From the NCBI GenBank assembly GCA_951406725.2, contig OX597815.1:83080001-83144000 (forward strand): 64,000 bases of DNA, given 5' to 3'. Source of the DNA: Octopus vulgaris. Its lineage: Eukaryota. The number at the start of each line of letters is the position of its first letter. Positions within the stretch are counted from its first letter, which is position 1. Under the pieces are notes generated by a model. The model worked only from the letters and a program-made list of their open reading frames with translations. It was not told the DNA's origin and did no database searches. Positions 54,454-64,000 of this stretch are shown here, in pieces. The translations under genes were made by a program, and so were the position numbers.

Positions 54454-55510
54454 TTCATTTAGAGATATGAGTCTCCATGCAACTCATCAAATCCTAATAT
54501 ACATCACACCATATCATAGAATTTTATTTTAATACTTATTATTTCAGTTCCGAATTTCTCTTCTACACGTGTTTCATGAAGTGCATTTAACGTTCCCGAG
54601 ACCCTCAGTCTTTTTCAGAAACATTTCTTAACTGTAACCCCAATCATCAGGACTCTCCATAACTTATTTATAATTCTATAACCATTCCTATCTTTTTTGC
54701 GGCGTTAAGTTGTACTAAGCTCGAATTATGACCATGCGGCGTTAAGTTGTACTAAGCTCGAATTATGACCATGTTATACAACGGTAGATTGAACACACAT
54801 ATTTTTTATGACATTTGTTTTACGAATTTTTTTACGTTATTTTTTAAGTTATTATTACGCTCTTACATTTACTTTTAAAATTAAGATTATTATATTTTAT
54901 CATTTAAAAATTTTTTTCTCCTTAGATTTCGTTATATATCTTTTTACACTTTTTGCATTTTGTCATTCATTCGTATTTGTCTACGTCCACTTTTATCTAT
55001 AGTTTTTATTCGAATATATATTTCTTTGTCACTGTTTATTTTATCATCACTATATTATATATTCCTTTCATTATTATAGTATAGTTTTTTTCATTCCTAC
55101 ATATCATTAATTTATATGTATATTCCTAGGCATAAGTCACGTTTCATATCAGTTTTAAAATTTTAAATTTTTAATTAATTAAATTATGGCTTGCACGTCA
55201 AGTTTCGGCGAATTTATTTGCACATCCGCATGTTTGTTTGTTAGTTACATTCGTAACTGATAAAAATATAGGGATAGTTATAGCATTATAAGTAAGTTAT
55301 GGAGTGTCCTGATGATTGGGGTTACAGTTAAGACATGTTTCTGAAATAGACTGAGGGTCTCGAGAACGTTAAACGCACCTCATGAAACACGTGTAGAAGA
55401 GAAATTTGGAACTGAAATAGTAAGTATTAAAATAAAATTCTATGATATGGTATGATGTATATTAGGATTTGATGAATTGCATGGGGAATTCTATCTCAAA
55501 ATGAAATATA
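54449..55510. repeat. ~245-bp inverted repeat (54449-54692 / 55266-55510) with AT-rich spacer, probably Penelope-like pseudo-LTR pair
   Basis: Arms align in reverse complement with scattered substitutions; each carries CTGATGA..GAAACACGTGTA; spacer has a 2x37-bp direct repeat at 54698-54773. Confidence 0.85.
55301..55400 (+). ncRNA. Hammerhead-like motif with long stem II insert (second copy on minus strand, 54559-54658)
   Basis: CUGAUGA (55309-55315), U-UGGGGU...ACCUCA-U, GAAAC-ACGU-GUA (55384-55395); stem I is only about 2 bp. Confidence 0.45.
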
Positions 55511-55588
55511 TTTCCTTATCAAAAATAATTCAAATTATATGAATCCCTGTGACACTGAAATTTTTATTCCCTAATTAATATATAAATA

Positions 55589-55639
<51 letters not shown>

Positions 55640-55946
55640 CATACATACATAAGGTTACCGTTATGATGATCAAACAAATACACCAGCGTGACCGGTTTGT
55701 CACAGATCTACATCTTTAAAATACAGATACAATCATTGCATGCATATACTGTATGTGAGCGTGTGTGTGTGCGCGCGCATGCACGTGCGTATGTGCATGT
55801 AAATATGTGCATGCATGTTTGCGAGTATGTGCATGGTTTTACTTGCTGAATGTCAAGTAGCTGCGCTGCCCATGCCTCTGCAATCTCTCCGAGAGACGTG
55901 AGCTTGTTGCCCGAAGTATCCCATTCACATTTTAGTCGGGCTAGAT

Positions 55947-56253
55947 CAGGCCTGGCCAACTCGAATTACATTGCGGGCCACTTTTCTTCAAATTAAATTT
56001 TTTGAAGGCCGCTGGTATACCTACAGAATTAAAAGCATTTTGCTTTCTCATTCTAGTATTACAATAATGAATGAATGATCGTTGATTCAACATGAAATAT
56101 TATCGTTGCAAAAACAGTAGTATCTTTCCTTTTTACTTTACATTATAATCGTTAACTTTTGATAATTTTTTTAATGGTTGTTTAAATAAGCCATTTCAAG
56201 AAAGAATCAAGCAGGCCGCATGCGGCCCGCGGGTTTCAGGTTGGCCACTCCTG
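55947..56253. mobile_element. hAT-type MITE
   Basis: Termini caggcctggccaac / gttggccactcctg with subterminal gcgggcc / tgcggcccgcggg motifs; no clean 8-bp TSD. Confidence 0.65.
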
Positions 56254-57175
56254 ATATATACAAGTACAAAAAAAAAAAACATGAGTAGAGAAATTTTCTG
56301 AAGGCCAATGTTCTATGTACTTAGTTTCTGGGCCTGTTTGGTTGGATACATTAACGATGATGACAAGCGGTCGTGTGGGAAACGGGTTCAGGTGTCTGAG
56401 AAGTGACGTACCAGTCTAGCCAAATCTGTGAATCACAGCCATTATAAGAACAATAAAAAAAGGACCGGGAGAGGAAATAGCTTCTGATCCTTAGACTTAA
56501 ATGTATCTGTTAGCGATTGAATATCAGTCGGATGGTAGCATTCCAGTATCTCGGCACACGTAGCAGCAATATCTTGCCAGAAGCAGAAGTGAAACTACCT
56601 TGTATGACCCACTCGTACCTTCTAGAATATCAGCAACTTTTGTAATCTGAAGTATTTTCTTGCTTTGAAAAGATTGACAATCCGTCATATGCACACCTAG
56701 CAATGTTACCGATATGATTTAATGAACGATAAGAGAACGAAACCCAAGTTGTGGATCAACGGTGAAGATTCTCGTTAAGAGCGGCTCATTTTTCTGTGTG
56801 TATAGAGTGATGGTGTTTTTGTATTATGAGTTTATGGAATTGATGGCTGTTTGGTGTGTTGCGTCAGAGTGTATGTGTGTGTGTGTGTGTGTGTGTGCGT
56901 GTATGTATGAGTGCAAATGTGTGCGTACGTGTGCAGCTGACACGTTTTACTGCAAATGTTGATGTATACGAAAGCTCTGTAAGCTAAAACTTTTCCATAA
57001 TGGATAAAGATATTTAGAAATATGGCATCATGTCCTTATTGTTTCAAATGAAATAATGACCTGGATTAGAGAGAAGGTTTGAGAGTATCTTTCAGAGATA
57101 ACAAAACAGAGAAAGAAGGATAATTAGAATAGAGATCTCTCTATGACAACAATGTCTAAATAGTGCATGTTTTAA

Positions 57176-57320
57176 TATTAGGTTGTCCCAAAAGTTCGTA
57201 AACACTTGCGAAAATTGAATTTTTACTCGCCAAGTACTAAAAAAAACAAGAAAAATTATTCCTCAAAATAAAGACCATTATTTCACAAGACTTTCTACGA
57301 ACTTTTGGGGCAACCTTATA
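57176..57320. mobile_element. Mariner-type MITE (~145 bp)
   Basis: TIRs tattaggttgtcccaaaagttcgta / tacgaacttttggggcaaccttata with TA ends. Confidence 0.8.
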
Positions 57321-58595
57321 ATAATGAAGGGAAGAAAATGCTTAAGTAATCTGAATATGATGAGGAAAGGAAATGGTAGAAATGCAAAGAAAAACAATTT
57401 AAAAAGGATATTTGATATGTTGCCAAGTCGGAATTTATATAAATATACGTTTAAAGATGTAACTGTAATAATTAATAAGTCTCTGTGCAGGTTAGTCAAA
57501 TATCAGTTGAGACATAACAAAATGATTTTTAAGAAAAATAAGCTGCTGAATATCTTCTTGAAAATGGCGGAAAGGTCAAGAGACGGTCACACTCAATTAT
57601 TTACCGCTCTAAGCTACAGAAAGAAAACAGCATTCTTCTGAAATCTTATAAGAAATTGACTGAGAGCAAATTAAAGATATGCATTTACCAACATATGCAC
57701 ACTTTGAAGCATGTAGTGAAGGGATCTTTAACAAGTTTGCTTTTAAGCAAAAATGTCTTTGCAGTTTATTTCGAGTGTCGTAAACATCAAATAAAAAGTT
57801 CGAATCACTAAGTTCCTGCAGGAACTCTTCCGAATACTTACTTTGTACTTTTCTTCCCTCCAACAGTTTACTTGCTGCTAACGAATAATTATTTTCATCT
57901 CCCTCTAGCATTCTAGCATTCAGACTCTTTGCTACCATCTTTTGACATTTCCTTAAGTTCTTATTTGAAGATTTTCAATAGATTATTTTTACATCTTGCA
58001 GTTATTTCCCCTATTACGCACGGTTAACAACCACATACACATTTCACACTCTAACGATTCCCATAAAAGAAAAAAAAAATATTCAATATTTTTCAATTCC
58101 ATTGCACAGCAAATCTTTAAATCTTTTTAATTTTATTTCCCTCTTCCATTAAAGTCATCCACTTTCTTTATCACGTTTGCTTTATTAGAAACATTGAACT
58201 TCACTCGTGCTTATTTGCACATGCATTATGATTTTTCGCAATAAACATTATCACCGAATCTTCGCCCTCTATACTCCTTTTCCTATTTTTCTCTCTTCTC
58301 TTTCTAACCACAAAACAACTATTTCCGCCTTTCTCTCACATCCCTTTTCTTTATTTCTACTATATGATAATTTTATTTTATATTATTAATTTACTATACA
58401 GCAGGTTTTGGGTCAATTAATAAGATCATATTGGTCCATTAATATTATACAATAAGGAATTTATTTTTATATTCAAATATTTACTCTACAATACTTATAA
58501 ACATCTGTCTCATGTTCTATTCTTCATAATCGTCTGAAAATATGAAATGGAAATCTCGCATACACACATTCAAAGACGCACACATACATGCATTC

Positions 58596-58625
58596 CTCTC
58601 TCTTCTCTCTCTCTCTTTCTCTCTA

Positions 58626-58681
<56 letters not shown>

Positions 58682-58718
58682 TATATACATACATACATAC
58701 ATACATACATACATACTT

Positions 58719-58763
<45 letters not shown>

Positions 58764-58764
58764 C

Positions 58765-58795
<31 letters not shown>

Positions 58796-58807
58796 CATAC
58801 ATACATG

Positions 58808-58855
<48 letters not shown>

Positions 58856-58856
58856 C

Positions 58857-58893
<37 letters not shown>

Positions 58894-58915
58894 AACATAT
58901 ATATATATATATATA
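58596..58915. repeat. Compound (CT)n(TA)n(TACA)n microsatellite with higher-order repetition
   Basis: Direct inspection. Confidence 0.95.
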
Positions 58916-59539
58916 CTGACACATGCGTCTATGTACTTGGGTTTTTCTGTATATCTCTGTGTCTGTACATAGGTACATATCTCTGTATTTGTCAGTGGTG
59001 CATTATGGATGTCAGAGTGTGGAGTAAGATAATATACCATTATTTCATTGAAGTGTCTTTACTAGCGCCATGGTGAAAGTGTTTACTATATTTACAGCCT
59101 ATGTCAAAATTACAAACACCTGGATATCATTAATAACTCTTAAACTATTTAAAGATCCTCCTATGCATTCAACATTTAAACCGAAAAAGAATTGAAACTC
59201 ACACGCTTACACATACATAAACACAAGCACCTTTACATAAACATACACATCAAACATACATAAGTGAATGCGAATGCATGCATATATACAGGCAAACACT
59301 GATGATGTATATATACACTCACAGGAAAAGAAAGAAGAAAATTTGGAAATGCTGCCTGAAATAGTAGAAAAATCCCACCGAAACTACGATTGTGGAAAAT
59401 GAGAGTAAAGAGAATTATTGGGTCAAATTCTTTTGCGTTTAACCGTCCCTGACAAACAGTGTCTGAGAAAATTTGATTTGGTGGATAGGAGAGTGGAAGA
59501 ATGAATACCAAGAGGGGTTATATTTTGAATGTATATTTG

Positions 59540-59586
<47 letters not shown>

Positions 59587-59658
59587 GTGTGTGTGTGTAT
59601 GCCTGTATGAAGGCATATGTGTGTCTCTCTCTTTGAGAGATTTAGAAATGATAATAAC

Positions 59659-59693
<35 letters not shown>

Positions 59694-59710
59694 TAATAAT
59701 AATAATAATT

Positions 59711-60189
59711 GTTTTGTCTTGGTATAAAAGATGGGCTACAGCAAATATTCTGCTCAATACCACAGATTTGCTTGTCAGTTGTTTGACCGTAACCAGTTGA
59801 GCATGTCCCTTAGTGGCTGACGATATGTGCATCTCTGATCACGAGCAGAAGTAGTGGGGGAGCATCATAGCCATGTGTTGAGAGGGATTTTTGGGGTTTG
59901 AATAATTCACCTCTGGAAACATGGGTGGTTCTTTCAACATCCTTAAACAACCCTTATTCAGGGACCTTTTGAGCGGGATGGGCTACTCAACCTGAAGAAA
60001 ATTCTAACTGGGCCCCACCTGCAAGGTCATGCGCTGTTTATCTTGATATGAGATCACCATGTCGCGCACATATGGTTGTGATGCATGTGCCTGGTGTACC
60101 CTTATCAGACGGGTAGTCATGATGGGTATATTGGGCTTCGTATATTTTACCCCAGTGTCACTTTGATGGCATGAACTGCTCTCTCACTC
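59711..60189 (+). mobile_element. ~480-bp non-coding retroelement-like repeat inserted in (TAA)n
   Basis: (TAA)n on both sides; second copy inverted at 60914-61216; same 5' start recurs at 63955. Confidence 0.85.
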
Positions 60190-60496
60190 AATAATAATAA
60201 TAATAATAATAATATATACACTTGCATACAAATATACATGCGCGCACCTAGTTACGCGTACGCACGCACACATGCCTACACATATATATGTGCTTGTGTC
60301 TGTGTGAGTGACTGAGTGAGTGTGTGTGTGTGCGTGAGAGTCTGTGTGTGTGTGTGCGTGTGTGTGTACGATGGCTATGGGATCTCTGCTGATAATATGC
60401 TCGATTCTCAAACCAATGCTTTATATGCTTTCTTTATACTCATCTCTGAAGCCTTGAAGAAGTTCAGGAAAACACTCTGTCAAATCGTTCACCGGA

Positions 60497-60648
<152 letters not shown>

Positions 60649-60812
60649 CTTTTTTTTTTCTTTCAAATTTTCTTCCATTTCTTGCCGAGTGTCTTCCCGA
60701 CTCCTAGGGCAAAGAAACTCATAGTGTATATTGGTAGGCCATTAAACCAAACTCAGTAGTTCGTTCGTTCATTTTTTTTAAATTTTTTTTTTAAAGTTAA
60801 ATTAAAATACAA

Positions 60813-60913
<101 letters not shown>

Positions 60914-61216
60914 GAGTGAGAGAGCAGTACATGTGACACTAGGGTAAAATATACGAAGCCCAGTATACCCATCATGACTACTCGTCTGATAAGGATGCAC
61001 TAGGCACATGCATCGCAACCATATGTGCGCGACATGGTGATCTCATACTAAGATAAATAGCACATGACCTTGCAGGTTAGTTAGAATTTTCTTCTGGTCG
61101 AGTAACCCATCCTGATCAAAATGTCCCTGAGTAAGGGTTGTTTAAGGATGTTGAAGGACACACCTATTTTTCCAGAGGTGAATTATTCAAACTCCAAATA
61201 ATCCCCCTCAACACAT
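60914..61216 (-). mobile_element. 5'-truncated second copy of the 59711-60189 element, with (TTA)n at 60815-60913
   Basis: Reverse-complement alignment to ~59873-60189. Confidence 0.88.
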
Positions 61217-61242
61217 TGTTGTTGTTGTTATTATTATCATAA

Positions 61243-61547
61243 AGATATATTTTTTGCTATTATGTTAAACTGTCGTATGTCCAAATTTGGCCAATTCCGT
61301 TGGGTTTTTTTTCGATATTCACTTTTGCTTGCTAAAGCAGTTACTGTTAGTCGAACTATCGTGTATGTCTCTGCTTCAGATGCCAAGATATCAAAAATTC
61401 TAGTACAAAAAAGTGTAGGACAGGGGTTTTGCTATAGAATGGTGGAATTATTTTTTGTTTTCTGAAAAACCAACGTCTTGAACGTATGGCACTTTTACAT
61501 AATAGCAATGATATACATATATGAATATAAATAAATATGTGTGTATT

Positions 61548-61595
<48 letters not shown>

Positions 61596-61609
61596 GCATA
61601 CACACACAC

Positions 61610-61661
<52 letters not shown>

Positions 61662-62860
61662 AAACTTTATCCCAACCATCAATGAATTTTTATTAAACAC
61701 AAAATTATGTAAATCAAAATCAGTTAAAGCAGCGTTTGATTTTCAGTATTAGATACAAAGTCCATAGTTGTTTAACTGGTCCTTAAACTATGATAAGATT
61801 CTTTCCAGACGTAGCTATCTCATATTTCATGAGGTATCTAGCATAGCATTTCGATTGAACTAGTCTATGAAAATTTATACGCACAATTTTGTAAGAGCAA
61901 TAGATATTTATCGCGTGTCGAATGACACTGGAGATGTTACATTGTTGTAATTTCAATGGTATAAGCGCTTTATTGTTAATATTGGGCTGTTGCATAATTA
62001 GGGCGGTTTTTTTTTCACCAAATTTTATTCAACGAAAACAATAATATTTAATAAAGAAATATATCAAATGCATTACGCTCCAAAAACCCCGCGATAGATG
62101 AACATCCGTGAAGTAGGAACAGTACTGTATATCTTTTTATTATTTATATAATATATATATTTATTTTATTATAAATGCAAAGCAACACCACAGAGGATTC
62201 GACCTAAGCTTAAATAGTAAACCGCGATAGGCAAACCGCGATATTGCGAGGAATTACTGTATTCTAAGTAATTATAAAAATTACTATTTAATATTCCAAT
62301 AATTATTATAAGAGAAAGAAAACTTTCTTCTACCTTCCGTCCTCTCTCTTTAACCCCTCTTCCTCTCCTTCTCCCCCCCTCGCTCTACCTTTTCGCACAT
62401 GCTTACAAATACAAACACATTAAATGCAGATATGGTTATGGATATAAATATGTAAATGTTTGTGTGAACAAATACTATTTAATATGTGTAGTAGAATTTA
62501 TTTATTCTTCTTTATGGACTGATAGTTCAAACCTTCGTTACGCGAAGAATTCCCCAGTTTGTTTCATCTTTGCAGATGAAATCCAATATAGATGGTAATT
62601 GAAGTAAATAAAAAATACAAAACCAGAATACATGGTACAGTTATTTACTTCAATTAACTAACATTTTTTGCTTTACTACATAGCAAAACTGTTGTACGAA
62701 ACTTTGACAATTTTTTAATCTTGACAGCTGAAGCAGTTGGTGATACAATAGTTAGACTAAAATGATCTGGTATTGCAAGCAAAAATAAATACTGAAAAAA
62801 AAAGCGTATTTGACCAAATTTGGACATACGACAGTTTAGCATAATAGCAAAGATATTATA
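61243..62860. repeat. Diverged ~170-bp inverted repeat pair (61243-61410 / 62690-62860)
   Basis: ttgctattatgttaaactgtcgtatgtccaaatttgg vs ccaaatttggacatacgacagtttagcataatagcaa; both give the spurious ORF start MLNCRMSKFGQ. Confidence 0.75.
62080..62261. mobile_element. pogo/Tigger-like DNA transposon end fragment
   Basis: Repeated ccgcgatag motifs and terminus cgcgatattgcgaggaattactg-ta. Confidence 0.5.
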
Positions 62861-63723
62861 TTCTGAAAACAGTTGATATTCAGGTCGGTCGTCGTAACTG
62901 TACCATGTATTCTGGTTTTATAAACTTTACTAATTAATCGTACATGATTGTTACTATTATAGTATCACATTTGATTCTTATATTACTTTCATTTTGGCTA
63001 TATTCATATTTGTCAAATAAATATAAATTTTCAGTAAGTTATGTGTTGCTTGAATATTAATTTCCTTTAATAACGTTTCATTAATTTTATGATGTCTACA
63101 TATTCAGTTCGGGTTTTATAGTAGACTATAACGGTCATCAACTCTTTATTGTTGGAGAATGAATTCAATTTATTCAATGGTTTATATAAACGTATGTTCT
63201 TTATCTGCAAGATTGTTAATCTTTTTATATAACATTTACAGTTTGTTCACTGCGTCTCATTTCTTTCTGCTGAAGTGAATTTCAAAAAACTACATGTACC
63301 CAAAGGCATTTATTAAATATATAATGGTTATATCTATGGAGACGTCAATTCCTAACATTTATACATATATAGCTGTAAGAGCTTTGTTATGGAGTAACAT
63401 GGTGAATAGTTATATCAGTAGCTAAGATATTAATATATGAAACTAAAACACCATTTCAATCACTTTCTTCTTTTTTTTAACACAGCTTTCATAAATGGAA
63501 TTTCGTACCAACTAGCTTCTATGACATTAAAAATCATATGAATGAAGTCGATATCTAATGTAAAACTAGAAACTGGTGTGAGACACTAACAAGCAGGACA
63601 AGCAGTGGATACACATACTAGACAGACATACTTTACTTAAATTGGAAATGAAAAATGTTTAAATATTGTGAAACACAAACGGAGCTTATATTTGAAGTGA
63701 TATTGTCAGTTTCCATATTCAAT

Positions 63724-63760
<37 letters not shown>

Positions 63761-63810
63761 TATCATAATAATAATACTAATAATAACAATCATTTTTTAA
63801 GCAAAAGGCC

Positions 63811-63951
63811 TCAACTGGTACTTAATTTATTGACCTCGAAAGGATGAAAGGTAAAGTCGGCCTCCGCAGAATTTGAAGACAGAACGTAGCGGCAGACGAA
63901 ATGCCGCTAAGCATTTTGCCCGGCGCGGTAACGATACTACTAGCTCGCCGC
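63811..63951 (-). mobile_element. SINE family 1, 5' part
   Basis: Reverse complement of ~9281-9420. Confidence 0.88.
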
Positions 63952-64000
63952 TTCTTTTGTCTTGGTACAGCAAATATCCTGCTCAATATGCCCTGGTGCA

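Overview
AT-rich, microsatellite-dense animal genomic DNA made almost entirely of transposable-element remnants. From memory, the SINE families and simple-repeat landscape resemble an Octopus/coleoid cephalopod genome; this is inference, not a database match. I found no confidently identifiable host gene, RNA gene or CRISPR array. The window contains: (1) several R4/Dong-type non-LTR retrotransposons (RT + CCHC + restriction-like endonuclease), most sitting in (TAA)n tracts, plus a short non-coding (TAA)n-targeted element; (2) three RTE-clade LINEs, one full-length but decayed with three C-terminal C2H2-type fingers and two with twin-priming-type 5' inversions; (3) Penelope-like RT remnants and three non-coding inverted-repeat families carrying hammerhead-ribozyme-like motifs; (4) a mariner remnant and several MITEs; (5) three tRNA-derived SINE families. 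Most ORFs in the supplied track are translations of microsatellites. Coordinates were read by eye and boundaries of decayed elements are approximate.
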